Virus record (IMG/VR): IMGVR_UViG_3300020474_000007
Span: 1 to 64,000 of that record
Direction: 5' to 3' (one strand)
Origin: a virus
Length of the DNA stretch: 64,000 bases
Below are positions 48,911-58,686 of this stretch, in pieces; within the stretch, counting starts at the first letter, position 1; each line of letters opens with the position of its first letter. The position numbers and the translations under genes were made by a program. The notes under the pieces are model-generated. The model did no database searches, was not told where the DNA came from, and saw nothing but the letters and a program-made list of their open reading frames with translations.

Positions 48911-49680
48911 AATTCAATTTCAATGTATCTGTCTTTCTTCTTCATTTTACCATAATCGGCTACATTATTCAAGATCTTTACAAGTAATTTTTCTAACTCA
49001 TTTTTCAAGAACTCTCTTCTAGCTAAAGACAGGTGATCAGACAAATGCTTGATTCTAATCATAGTAAATCCTTTGGCAAGTATTATACCAGATTTTTTAG
49101 TATCACTAGCTATTTGCTGCTTTAGCTTTGTTTCTCCCCAGATAGGCGCAAAATGAGAAAGACCATCTACTTCTATTATAGTCTTTAGTTCTGGTAAAAA
49201 CAAGTCTACTTCTAACTCTGTGCTAGGCAATTTATAATGATATTGTACATCATAATCTGAGATTAAAAATTCTCTGATAAATTTCTCAAGTTTTGACCCC
49301 TCTACGCTAGCTATTCTAATTTGTTTAATAGCAAGCTCTTTCATCTTTTCTTTGTCTTCTAGGCTTTTATTTTTCCAATTTTCCTTGCCTCTTGTTACAT
49401 ATTCCTGATACTCTTCTTCGCTTATGTTCTTCCATCTCTCCGTTAGTCCGTTACTTATTTTTAGTTTTTCTTGCATTGTTCTTTTCTTGCCCAGTGTTGG
49501 TATCTTGGCCTTACCCTGTTTCAATGCATTTTTTTGAGCATCACTCTTGTTTTTCATCTCTACGTTATTACGTATTAAAACACGCCTTATCTTATTAGGA
49601 TAAGTTTTAAAAATTTGCGCTATTTCATACGTGCTTTTGCACTCATTCACGTATAGATCAACTATTTGTTCTTCATTCAT
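48907..49680 (-). CDS. HTH + Vsr/DUF559-like endonuclease (probable free-standing homing endonuclease)
   Basis: N-terminal HTH (STYEIAQ..KTYP..IRR.L), NUMOD3-like 'GKKRT.QEKLKIS', C-terminal EVDLFLPELKTIIEVDGLSH...G..MIRI. Confidence 0.75.
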   Translation of the reverse strand: MNEEQIVDLYVNECKSTYEIAQIFKTYPNKIRRVLIRNNVEMKNKSDAQKNALKQGKAKIPTLGKKRTMQEKLKISNGLTERWKNISEEEYQEYVTRGKENWKNKSLEDKEKMKELAIKQIRIASVEGSKLEKFIREFLISDYDVQYHYKLPSTELEVDLFLPELKTIIEVDGLSHFAPIWGETKLKQQIASDTKKSGIILAKGFTMIRIKHLSDHLSLARREFLKNELEKLLVKILNNVADYGKMKKKDRYIEIEL

Positions 49681-50114
49681 GATATTATATCTATAATCTC
49701 TTTATAATTATTAGATACTCCCAGAGGTTTTTTACCACTAATACGATATACTTCATTAGCAGTTTGATCATCGTCACATATGATTCCATTTATTTTATCG
49801 CAGTTCTTCAAAAACAATAGTATATTATCTTTAAATTTGATATCACAATACTCATATATCTTAAATTTATTTACTATTTCTATTGCTGAAGATGTATTGT
49901 CCATCCCTCTCGTGACTAAATTTCCTTCAAAAGCCCATAAATCTACAGAATTATAAGCTCCACATAAAAAAGGTTTTGGATACGGTCCAACATCATTATA
50001 AAAGATACTTGCATCTTCTAAGTTTTTAGAACTGGAATATCTAGCCACTTCTGTAAATATACAATCTAAGTCTCTACCCTGAGATAGTGAAGAAATATAA
50101 AATCCTACATTCAT
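49677..50114 (-). CDS. Hypothetical protein (possible glycosyltransferase-like fragment)
   Basis: 145-aa ORF, coupled, within the glycosylation cluster. Confidence 0.5.
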   Translation of the reverse strand: MNVGFYISSLSQGRDLDCIFTEVARYSSSKNLEDASIFYNDVGPYPKPFLCGAYNSVDLWAFEGNLVTRGMDNTSSAIEIVNKFKIYEYCDIKFKDNILLFLKNCDKINGIICDDDQTANEVYRISGKKPLGVSNNYKEIIDIIS

Positions 50115-50115
50115 T

Positions 50116-51003
50116 TTAGTTCACTTTGTTAAAGGTTTGTTGATTTATCGAAAGTTGAGAGAGCAGCGTTTTAATCCTATTTGCAGGAAGATGCTTCTCG
50201 TTGATTTTAGCTCTTACAGCATTGAAATCTATATTGTCTTTATTATCGTAGCTAAGAACTTGACCAAATACAGTTTTTGATAATTTGTCTATAGATTCAT
50301 TAGATTTTTTATAGAATACTTTATTGCCAAAATACAAGGCATCAAAGAAAGACTGATTAAAACTATCTATTTTGTTTAGAAAAACTATTTGTTCATAGTT
50401 ATTATACAATGACATTAAATCTTTTTCATGCAAACTTATTTCTGCTGATTTTGCATCGTAATTGGATATAAAATGATGCGGCTCTGAATCTTCTATTCTT
50501 TTTGTTTCTGCATCTACAAAATATGCTGTAGGTATTTTAAAGTTGACATCGAATGATTTTTTAAGAAAACTATCTGCACAATGATTCAGCTTAATATACT
50601 TGATACTTTTCCTTTTTATCAAAGATTTTGGAATGTTAGAGTTGACTATATACACATGACCCTTGTTGTACATTTCTCCCGATTCATTCAAAGCTTTAAA
50701 CATTTCTGCTACAGATTCTACATCCCACATCTCTGAATCTAAAACAAAATGAAAATTTTCATCTCGTAGTTGACTAAGATAATACATAATATCATAACAC
50801 AATTTACCATTAGTCCTGCTAAGAACAGAACTTGCGTGTGTATAAAATATATTTGGTCGCACAGTATCTAGTATGTCAAATAAACTTTGATTTTTATCCT
50901 GCCACTGAAAACATTCTATACCATCTACTTCTTGAAGACCTCTGTGGAGATACCATAATCTAGTATCCCCAGATGTACTTTGAGTGTCAACTAATACTCT
51001 CAT
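50116..51003 (-). CDS. Divergent glycosyltransferase-like protein
   Basis: GT-B/CgeB-like ends ('RP.IF', 'FFDALY.G', 'KH....RI.TLL'); weak. Confidence 0.35.
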   Translation of the reverse strand: MRVLVDTQSTSGDTRLWYLHRGLQEVDGIECFQWQDKNQSLFDILDTVRPNIFYTHASSVLSRTNGKLCYDIMYYLSQLRDENFHFVLDSEMWDVESVAEMFKALNESGEMYNKGHVYIVNSNIPKSLIKRKSIKYIKLNHCADSFLKKSFDVNFKIPTAYFVDAETKRIEDSEPHHFISNYDAKSAEISLHEKDLMSLYNNYEQIVFLNKIDSFNQSFFDALYFGNKVFYKKSNESIDKLSKTVFGQVLSYDNKDNIDFNAVRAKINEKHLPANRIKTLLSQLSINQQTFNKVN

Positions 51004-51752
51004 TTGTTGTTCCTTATTTCATGATATATTTTAATGTTATTAATTTTTTTTACTGCGTATTTGTTATTGATGCCTTTTATGTCAAATTTTAATTTTATTA
51101 GTTCGTTCAACGCTTCAAATATAAACTTCTTTTTGTAACTTTCTCCTGATACTATATTCCAAAGGCTCTGTATTATTTCTTCATTGTGCAAAAAAATTAT
51201 TTCAGACCAACATTTAGAAGCTCCAAAAGAAAAGTATTCCACGCATATGTCTTCATTTACATTTGCTCCTATGTCTAACTGCTCGTTTTGATCTTCTATG
51301 AAAATGCACGAATGTTGCATATTATCATTTCTTAAAGTTTTATAGTCAAATAATAAATTTCCATTCATTAAGAATAATTTTTTGTTATTGATGTTGTTCA
51401 AACAAAGTCTTAAAGCTTCACACGAATTTGTTTCTGAGAATAATTGATTTTCTACAATTCTAATATCTAAATTTTTATATTTTGATTTAATATATCTTGT
51501 TATTTTATCTGCTTCAAATCCCACACACAAAACTATTTCTGCCTGTGAAAATACTTTGTTTATAGACGATATCTGTACATCTATTAATCTGTACCTTGCT
51601 GTTATGGGAAGTAATGCTGCTGGACCATAAGATTTCATTCTATAGCCCGGAGTGTCAGATATCAAGGCTATAGAAACTGGATCTTCTATTATTTTAGTTT
51701 TGGTTTTTGATTTTTGCTTGTTTCTTGCTGTAGTTACACAACGAGTCTTCAT
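51000..51752 (-). CDS. Sugar/choline-phosphate nucleotidyltransferase-like protein (degenerate)
   Basis: 'G.RMKS.GP..LL.I...LID.QI...EIV..VGF...ENQ.F.ETN...L' LicC/NTP-transferase pattern, lacking the canonical AAG.G and GD residues. Confidence 0.65.
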   Translation of the reverse strand: MKTRCVTTARNKQKSKTKTKIIEDPVSIALISDTPGYRMKSYGPAALLPITARYRLIDVQISSINKVFSQAEIVLCVGFEADKITRYIKSKYKNLDIRIVENQLFSETNSCEALRLCLNNINNKKLFLMNGNLLFDYKTLRNDNMQHSCIFIEDQNEQLDIGANVNEDICVEYFSFGASKCWSEIIFLHNEEIIQSLWNIVSGESYKKKFIFEALNELIKLKFDIKGINNKYAVKKINNIKIYHEIRNNK

Positions 51753-51762
51753 AGATTTATTC

Positions 51763-52482
51763 CTAAAGTTCCACAATAGTGTTTTTTTCTTTGAAATAAC
51801 TCAGTACATCTTCAACATTATGTTCATGACTGATACATCCGTTCCTATTACCTATGGTGGTATAAGCAAGGTTAGAAACATACCATGTGTTCTTGTATTT
51901 AAAACATCCTGATTGTATACAGTCTGTATTGTAAGCATCGTTGATTTTTTGCATGTCTAATTCTTGATCAGAGTTTTCTATCTCTGCTATAAAAGAGTAT
52001 TTGCCCTTTACTGCTTTCTTGAATTTTTCTATACTCTTTATATCACTAACAGTTACAAGTGGGTTTTTATCCTTCATTGTTGGTGATTCATAAACTTTTT
52101 TTGCGTAATTTAAATTTTTTGGAGATGCAAAAATATGAGTTGTAACTTTCTCTGGAAAATCATATTCCCAATTAATTTTCTCTACGTCTTCCTTCGTCAT
52201 TTTATCTAAGTCTACAATAACGTAAAAAGATAAAGCAACTTCTTGTTGGATATTAGATGGATCGTATTCAACCCCGTCTGCGTTTTTTTTATGCCTGATA
52301 TAATTACATAAACCATTAATTACAAAAAAAGATTTATCATCGTCATATGCGTCAAAATGGTCAAGTTTTTCTAACCTGTCAAACTTGCAACCAATTTGCA
52401 CATCTTCTTGGTAAACTGCAAATATACATTCCTTGCAGCTTGTTTTAATAGGGTTATTATTGTCTGACTGCTGAGATTTCAT
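51763..52482 (-). CDS. Hypothetical protein with N-terminal Cys cluster
   Basis: CKEC...GC...LC motif. Confidence 0.55.
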   Translation of the reverse strand: MKSQQSDNNNPIKTSCKECIFAVYQEDVQIGCKFDRLEKLDHFDAYDDDKSFFVINGLCNYIRHKKNADGVEYDPSNIQQEVALSFYVIVDLDKMTKEDVEKINWEYDFPEKVTTHIFASPKNLNYAKKVYESPTMKDKNPLVTVSDIKSIEKFKKAVKGKYSFIAEIENSDQELDMQKINDAYNTDCIQSGCFKYKNTWYVSNLAYTTIGNRNGCISHEHNVEDVLSYFKEKNTIVEL

Positions 52483-52870
52483 ACTGGATACCTTTAACCT
52501 GTACTGATGTAATGATCATTCCTTTATTAGACAATTTTTTTCTTACAGAAGAGAGAGATCTTGTGTTCTTAAATTTAGTGACAAAATCTGAAAATTCTTC
52601 ATCATTTACTTGTTTGGATAAATAGTGTTGACACAAAGCATCTAAATCTACACCTATTAGGTTGATCTGTCCTCCTTTTCGGATGAGGTTGCTAACGTCT
52701 TCTACAACGTCTACATCTGGATTGCAACTTTCAATAGCGTGGTCACAAACAAGGTGCGAGCATGAATTATTGGGGAGTTCTGCTAGCCTGTATGTTCCCT
52801 GTATAATAGGGATGGCAGTGTATCCTTCGATTCCTTTTTCTAAATTTGAAGTCATTATCGCCTTAATCAT
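52457..52870 (-). CDS. Truncated class I methyltransferase-like protein
   Basis: 'NNSC..L...HAIE...LIRKGG.I.L...D' resembles the C-terminal half of Methyltransf_11; the SAM-binding glycine loop is absent. Confidence 0.4.
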   Translation of the reverse strand: MIKAIMTSNLEKGIEGYTAIPIIQGTYRLAELPNNSCSHLVCDHAIESCNPDVDVVEDVSNLIRKGGQINLIGVDLDALCQHYLSKQVNDEEFSDFVTKFKNTRSLSSVRKKLSNKGMIITSVQVKGIQYEISAVRQ

Positions 52871-53307
52871 CTGTTCACCTCATAAGTAGTTTCTATAATT
52901 CCACGCCAGTAAGCCACAAAGTCTTCATCGAAACTCTTTAGATCGTCAGCTAAGACTATATACTGATTACCTTGATCTGATATTTCATTGTTTGTGTTTA
53001 GTTGTATAATTGGGGTGTCTACTGCTTTATGTACATCCTGAACAATATCTTGAGGAAAGGCTGTACTTCCGACAATCATCAAGTCATAATCGACTTCTGG
53101 AGACACATAGTGTAGAGGTAGAATGTATAAATTTTCTGGCCTGTTTTCGTACACTCCCGATTCTTCAAGTTTAAACTTGTAAAAATTGTGTTCAGTTTTA
53201 CAAAGAGCTAGATCTAATTCTTTATCTACAGAAAGTAAAAGCACGTTAAGAGTTTGCTTTCTCTCAGAATTAGCTTGTTTTATATATTTACAAACCACAT
53301 TATTCAT
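52867..53307 (-). CDS. Hypothetical protein (GT-B N-lobe-like)
   Basis: 146 aa; 'DYDL.I', 'F...W..II' termini; follows the GT4 genes. Confidence 0.4.
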   Translation of the reverse strand: MNNVVCKYIKQANSERKQTLNVLLLSVDKELDLALCKTEHNFYKFKLEESGVYENRPENLYILPLHYVSPEVDYDLMIVGSTAFPQDIVQDVHKAVDTPIIQLNTNNEISDQGNQYIVLADDLKSFDEDFVAYWRGIIETTYEVNR

Positions 53308-54427
53308 TGATATACCTCGCCATCAAGTTTCCAATTTCTTTAAAATCGTTTATTTTTGCTCTTTCGTATCCTTTTTTCTTGTCTACTTTTCCTCTTGCGT
53401 TGTAATATTGTCTCATAGCTTTTTTAATTTCAGATTCGCTTGGGTGAAACCATTCTTCTCTACCAGTAGATAGCTCTGCAAACGCTGGATCTGAATGATT
53501 ACACACATCATACACCCCATTTATTAATGTCCCAGTGTTGTTATCTTCAGGATCTATAAAATCTCTTGGACCGCCCTCATTGCTACATATTGGAGTATTT
53601 CCATAAATCATTGCTTCAAAAGATGGTATCGAGAATCCCTCTCCGTGAGAAGGTAATACAAAGCAATCTAGAGAAATGTGCAGTTTTTGTATGTCTTCAG
53701 ATGGTATGAAATCTGATATAATAATTTCTTTTCTATAATCACTTAAACTAGGATACATCCTCATAGCTTTTTTGATTTCATTGCACTTGTGTTCTACTAT
53801 GTGTCCACAGGATTGAGGATTGATACCTGTTTTATGAACTTTTAAAACCAGTTCTACGTCCTCACCATTTTTAAACTCGCTGTGAAAACATCTTACAACA
53901 GCGTCGAGATTTTTTCTATCGTTTAAATCTCCTATATAATAGAATTTAAAACTGCTAGGAGAACCCATACTCAATGATAACTGTGAATCTACATCGTATG
54001 AAGAAATATCAAATGGGTGCGGTACTACTTTTACTGCCGGATCAGGTGCATTAAAACCATCGTTTAGCAGGCTGTCTTGATTACATCTAGATGGAACCCA
54101 AACTTCATCGACAAGTTTCAGGTTGTTATACCAGCTCAAATGTTTAATTGTATTTGACTCAGTTGCAAAGTATGCTATATTCTTTTTAAATTTATCTGTG
54201 CCAACTATAAAGTGTGGCAAAACATGCTGTATGCAAACGTCTACATTATTAGATTTATGCATAGACATATCTACAATTTTTTGCGGAACTTCATGATTAG
54301 TATCTGTTAATTTAACATTCCTACAGACAACATCAATACCTACACTGTTGAGTGCTAATACGTTATTTATTGCAGCTGTAGACCATCCAGAACCTTCTAT
54401 AAAATGAGCTATATAGAGTACTTTCAT
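53300..54427 (-). CDS. Glycosyltransferase family 4 (GT-B)
   Basis: DEVWVPS, RKNL, DCFVLPSHGEGFSIPSFEAM motifs. Confidence 0.9.
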   Translation of the reverse strand: MKVLYIAHFIEGSGWSTAAINNVLALNSVGIDVVCRNVKLTDTNHEVPQKIVDMSMHKSNNVDVCIQHVLPHFIVGTDKFKKNIAYFATESNTIKHLSWYNNLKLVDEVWVPSRCNQDSLLNDGFNAPDPAVKVVPHPFDISSYDVDSQLSLSMGSPSSFKFYYIGDLNDRKNLDAVVRCFHSEFKNGEDVELVLKVHKTGINPQSCGHIVEHKCNEIKKAMRMYPSLSDYRKEIIISDFIPSEDIQKLHISLDCFVLPSHGEGFSIPSFEAMIYGNTPICSNEGGPRDFIDPEDNNTGTLINGVYDVCNHSDPAFAELSTGREEWFHPSESEIKKAMRQYYNARGKVDKKKGYERAKINDFKEIGNLMARYINE

Positions 54428-56085
54428 TTTAGATTTTTCTCCACTCTTATGTTTTCCCAGTGATTGTGCCTATTGCATAACTGTACGAAATGATTATAAG
54501 CAGAATTAAAATCAAAATTGTTTCTTATATTTGCTCCATCGTATGCAGCAGAACTTTCATTAAAGTACATTCCAGCAACAGAAGATGTTGTTGTTCTGTA
54601 TAATAAATCTCTTGTTAATCTTGCTTCCATGTGAGTGTTCAGTTGTGATGGATCGCATAAAACTTCAGATATCAAAAATTTAGCTAATTGGCTATGACTA
54701 ACATTTTTAATTTTTTCTAAATCTGGCTTTGGTTGTGGCTTTCTAAATCTTGGAGGGGATCTCCACGTTGACTCCAAAGGTCTTACCTCTACGCTATCGA
54801 AATAGTCTTCCCATTTTTTTCCCGACTTATCCCACTGAAAATGTTCTAAAAACTTTTGCCTAGTGTTAAATCCCATCTGCATTCTAATTGCCTGTGGTTT
54901 ATCAAAGAATTCTTTGAGTTTTTCAGCTGTTAAATCATTATCTGGAACTGCTCTCATGCAACCCGTTTCCAATTCTTTATATAGAGCTTTTGGTTTTAAA
55001 GGTATCCCTTCTAATTTTCGTATAACAGTTTCCATAGCAGAATAATCAGTTCCCATCACAGGAACTCCGCAAGCAGCGGCTTCTACTTGTGGAAGACCAA
55101 AACCTTCTGAGTTTGCATATTGAATATATATGTCGAATAGATTTATGATTCTTGATAGTTCTTCATACTTTGCGCCCTTTTTTACGTTACTCAGCGTGGC
55201 AGAAAACTTACCACTAAATGGAGACTCTGCTATAGCGCCTTTAAACAATGACGGGAAAGGTCTACCTGTATCATTGCACATATAGGTAAACAATATGTTG
55301 GATGAAAGTTTGTTTTGATGTATTAATTCTGGTATGTCCCAGCCCATATCTGGATAACTAGTGTGGCAGTACAGAAAATAATTTCTAGGATCTTCTACAG
55401 AATCTAATAATTTTCTAAACGATTGAAATAAGTCTGGATAAAGTTTTCTTCTTTGATTTCTCATTACTGTGCCAATAATTTTAGCATCAACTGGTATACC
55501 ACAAGCTTTTCTTAATTCGTCCCTGCTATCTATTGGCTGATACGCTGAGTGTGCAGACGGAGGCGAACTTCCCAGATAATTTATTTTATCCCCAGCCTGA
55601 TTTTTCAAGACTTGCCCAGCCCAATCAGAATATGTTAAACACGCATCAGCAGAACTATATGTAGCTATCCACTGTCTAGCTTGAGGCATTGCGTCTACGG
55701 TTGGCATGATACACCATTTAAAGAAATCTCTGAAAGGAGATCTTTGTTGATACTCTAGCATCCAAAAATCTCTAATGTCACAGACAATATCTGGCTCAAA
55801 ATCTAGACAAGTTTCTTCAAATCTAAATTCTCCAAACTGATTTTGTGGAGTCTGATTATATTGGTCTTGAATATTTTTTGGATCTGATTCGTGGGGCATG
55901 ACTCCATAAAATTTCCAAGGAATGTCTTTAGCTCTGGGATCATTAGGCACTCCATAGCTCCCAAGTTCAGCTATTTCATATTTGCCAGTAGAATGCAAGT
56001 AATTCAATATCTCTCGCGTGTAGGTGGCATACCCAGTGTTAAGAAACGTAGACTCACTGCAAAATAAAATTCTTTTCTTTCGCAT
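54424..56085 (-). CDS. Glycosyltransferase family 4 (GT-B)
   Basis: TGYA, RNQRRK, EGFGLPQVEAAACGVPV motifs. Confidence 0.9.
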   Translation of the reverse strand: MRKKRILFCSESTFLNTGYATYTREILNYLHSTGKYEIAELGSYGVPNDPRAKDIPWKFYGVMPHESDPKNIQDQYNQTPQNQFGEFRFEETCLDFEPDIVCDIRDFWMLEYQQRSPFRDFFKWCIMPTVDAMPQARQWIATYSSADACLTYSDWAGQVLKNQAGDKINYLGSSPPSAHSAYQPIDSRDELRKACGIPVDAKIIGTVMRNQRRKLYPDLFQSFRKLLDSVEDPRNYFLYCHTSYPDMGWDIPELIHQNKLSSNILFTYMCNDTGRPFPSLFKGAIAESPFSGKFSATLSNVKKGAKYEELSRIINLFDIYIQYANSEGFGLPQVEAAACGVPVMGTDYSAMETVIRKLEGIPLKPKALYKELETGCMRAVPDNDLTAEKLKEFFDKPQAIRMQMGFNTRQKFLEHFQWDKSGKKWEDYFDSVEVRPLESTWRSPPRFRKPQPKPDLEKIKNVSHSQLAKFLISEVLCDPSQLNTHMEARLTRDLLYRTTTSSVAGMYFNESSAAYDGANIRNNFDFNSAYNHFVQLCNRHNHWENIRVEKNLK

Positions 56086-56087
56086 CT

Positions 56088-56402
56088 TTAATCCTCAAAT
56101 TCTGGATGACATAGATCAAACTCATTTATTCTAAATATCATCTGTGTATTTTCTTTTGACACATTCTTAGCTGTAGCTTGAAAAGTAATTTTAGTTCCCT
56201 CTACTGCGAACCTCTCTATAATTTCTGCTCCAGTGTGCCAAGCTTCGCACTTTAAATATACTGGTGTCCTGCTTTTATCCTTGCTATTTCTTACTTTTCT
56301 ATAGTTGTAAATTACCACCACCAAATCTGCTTTCAGGACTTTATCAACCATGTATACATCTGGATTATTGACTAAATATCCAGTGAAGCAACAATTATTC
56401 AT
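56088..56402 (-). CDS. ssb: Single-stranded DNA-binding protein-like (OB fold, short)
   Basis: MN....G.L..NP ... CEAW...AE......G pattern of bacterial SSB; short acidic tail; AGGAG SD. Confidence 0.6.
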   Translation of the reverse strand: MNNCCFTGYLVNNPDVYMVDKVLKADLVVVIYNYRKVRNSKDKSRTPVYLKCEAWHTGAEIIERFAVEGTKITFQATAKNVSKENTQMIFRINEFDLCHPEFED

Positions 56403-56450
56403 ATTCTCTCCTATCTTAGTATATTAGCTTGTACAAAACAAAAAAACAAT

Positions 56451-58016
56451 TTATATCTCATAAATTTTATCTATAATAAACGCATTATCTTTACCAGATA
56501 TTACTCCGCAGAATATAAGGTTATTACCTTCGTATAATATATACTTATATTTCTGTCTGACACTAGGAAACGCTATGACGCTATCTAGTACGCAAGTTTC
56601 ATCTTCTATTGTAAGAAATGCCATAATTTTACCTTTAGAATCGCCCTTGGCTATAGTATAATCCGAGAGTCTTTGAAGGTTAGCAGCTACGCAAAGACTT
56701 TTCCCCTTCTTTCCATTCACTATTTCCTTACATGTTGTGTTGGCGGCAGATTTATCGGATGTGTCAATTTTGTTCAGACTTATAGGACATCCAAGGCATC
56801 TTGCCTCTTGATCTACTATCCAGTTAGGATCATCCTCAAGGTCGTATGGAGGGTCAACCAAAAGCTGTATTTCGTTTTCTACAGCTTGCTGTCTAGCAAC
56901 TTTGCTAGTGCCTCCACCATTCTTCTTTGTAGGAGCTAGATCTTTAAGACATTCTGTAAAACTATTCCATCCTTTTAATTTATAGTTTGTTTGTATCCAT
57001 TTTTGCTCTGCTTTAGTTAAAGTTCTAAATATGTCATATTCATATATAGCTCTATTTCTTGAAATACGTCCAACAAAATCCCTGAAAAAGCCAACAGATG
57101 CTAAAGCTTTAAAAGCTGTAGAGCTAATTTTTGGAGCAAAGAATAATAATATTTCTAGCCAAGTAAATTTAACCATTGGTTTAGAAAGTTCTGACTCTGC
57201 CTCTTTTATTCCTTCCAATACCTTGTCACCTGTTTTTCCCGTGAGAGACTTAATATCCTTAATCCCAAAGTATATTTTCCCATCCTTTGTGTTAAATTTT
57301 ATATCAAAATTAGCCAAACTAGGAGTCCTTGCCTCAATATCAAATAGTTTAGCCTCAGAAATTAATTCGTATATTTCTTGGTGTGGGTCTTGTTTTTCAT
57401 TAGCATAGTACAAGTAAGATAAAAAGAATTCTTCAGGATTATGCGCCTTTTGATAAGCGCTCCAGTAAGAACACACGGCGTATGAAATACTGTGAGATTT
57501 GTTAAATGCATATCGGGAAGATGCTTGAATCCAGCCAAAGATTTCCTCTGCTTCTTCTTTGTTTACTGTGCCAATTTTCTTTGCGCCAGTAATGAATTTT
57601 TTCTTAACCTTTGCCATAAGGTCTGCTTTTTTCTTGCCAATTGCTTTACGTAGCTCGTCCGCTTCTTCAAGATTAAATCCAGCAATCTTTTGAGCAATAC
57701 GCATAGATTGCTCTTGATAGACCAACACTCCATATGTAGGTAGTAGAATTTCTTCTAGCGCTTCGTGTAAGTACGTAACCTCTTCACGACCGTGTTTGCG
57801 ATCAATAAAGTGTTGCGTCATAGATTTACCATCTACGAACGCTTTCAAACATCCGGGGCGAATAATAGCAATTAGTGCAGAAAGTTCTTCAATATTATTT
57901 GGCGCTAGTTTTTTAGACCAAGATTTTCCAAGATTGCTTTCTAACTGAAAGACACCCTTGGTTTTTCCTTCTGAAAACAATCTCCAAGTTGCCTTATCTC
58001 CATACTCATTTGACAT
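56451..58016 (-). CDS. dnaE: DNA polymerase III alpha (DnaE), C-terminal half (fingers, HhH, OB)
   Basis: GVFQLES, IRPG, TYGVLVYQEQ, ADELRKAIGKKK, YAFNKSH, MAFLTIED motifs; start set at ATG 58016. Confidence 0.92.
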   Translation of the reverse strand: MSNEYGDKATWRLFSEGKTKGVFQLESNLGKSWSKKLAPNNIEELSALIAIIRPGCLKAFVDGKSMTQHFIDRKHGREEVTYLHEALEEILLPTYGVLVYQEQSMRIAQKIAGFNLEEADELRKAIGKKKADLMAKVKKKFITGAKKIGTVNKEEAEEIFGWIQASSRYAFNKSHSISYAVCSYWSAYQKAHNPEEFFLSYLYYANEKQDPHQEIYELISEAKLFDIEARTPSLANFDIKFNTKDGKIYFGIKDIKSLTGKTGDKVLEGIKEAESELSKPMVKFTWLEILLFFAPKISSTAFKALASVGFFRDFVGRISRNRAIYEYDIFRTLTKAEQKWIQTNYKLKGWNSFTECLKDLAPTKKNGGGTSKVARQQAVENEIQLLVDPPYDLEDDPNWIVDQEARCLGCPISLNKIDTSDKSAANTTCKEIVNGKKGKSLCVAANLQRLSDYTIAKGDSKGKIMAFLTIEDETCVLDSVIAFPSVRQKYKYILYEGNNLIFCGVISGKDNAFIIDKIYEI

Positions 58017-58686
58017 ACAGGTTCCCATCGGCAAATGCTTTGTCAAGTTCAATGTTTTGATAGACTGCTCTATGAGTCTTCAATAATTTTATAAATATAT
58101 TAGCAGTATCTTTAACGTCTTGTAGTGCATCGTGGGCATTCTCTGTGCTTAATCCCATTCTTTCCCTGAGAGTGTCCATGCTGATTGATCTAATGCTAGG
58201 ATCTCCCTCAGTCCACATATGCATATTATCCATAACGTCACATTTATGAATCTTGCTAAAGATTTTTTGTTGCTGTCTCGCATCGTCAAATGGTCCGTAT
58301 TCTTTGCACAGCCTATTAATAATAACCATGTCAAAACCTATGATGTTAAATCCCACTGGAATTGGGTTAAAGAAAGGATCTTTTTTCCAGTTGTATTGGT
58401 CTACGAATGAGCAAAACTTTTTCCATACTGATTTTAAAGCTGGAGCCTTGGATAAAGCTTCTCTCGTTTTATTTGTAACCTTTAGAGCGCCATCCTCGAT
58501 TGGGTCAAGACCAGCAGCAATAGCTTTGTCATCGTCGAGAATGGGTTTAATCTCGCTGTTAAAAGAACCTTTCATAGCTAGATTGCGACCATCTAGTGCA
58601 ATTGCAGCAATTTGTGTAGGTTGTGTCGTAAGTGGATTTCGACTTCCTGTTTCAAAGTCAAATACAATAAAGTCTCTATTTGCCAT
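58006..58686 (-). CDS. DEDDh 3'-5' exonuclease (DnaQ/epsilon-like)
   Basis: ExoI VFDFETG, ExoII GFNI.GFD, ExoIII AHDAL.DV. Confidence 0.9.
   Translation of the reverse strand: MANRDFIVFDFETGSRNPLTTQPTQIAAIALDGRNLAMKGSFNSEIKPILDDDKAIAAGLDPIEDGALKVTNKTREALSKAPALKSVWKKFCSFVDQYNWKKDPFFNPIPVGFNIIGFDMVIINRLCKEYGPFDDARQQQKIFSKIHKCDVMDNMHMWTEGDPSIRSISMDTLRERMGLSTENAHDALQDVKDTANIFIKLLKTHRAVYQNIELDKAFADGNLYVK

Noticed and set aside
56403-56450. Sigma70-like promoter before ssb (- strand TATACT)
   Set aside because: A plausible -10 box but no -35 at 16-18 nt spacing; too weak to call.
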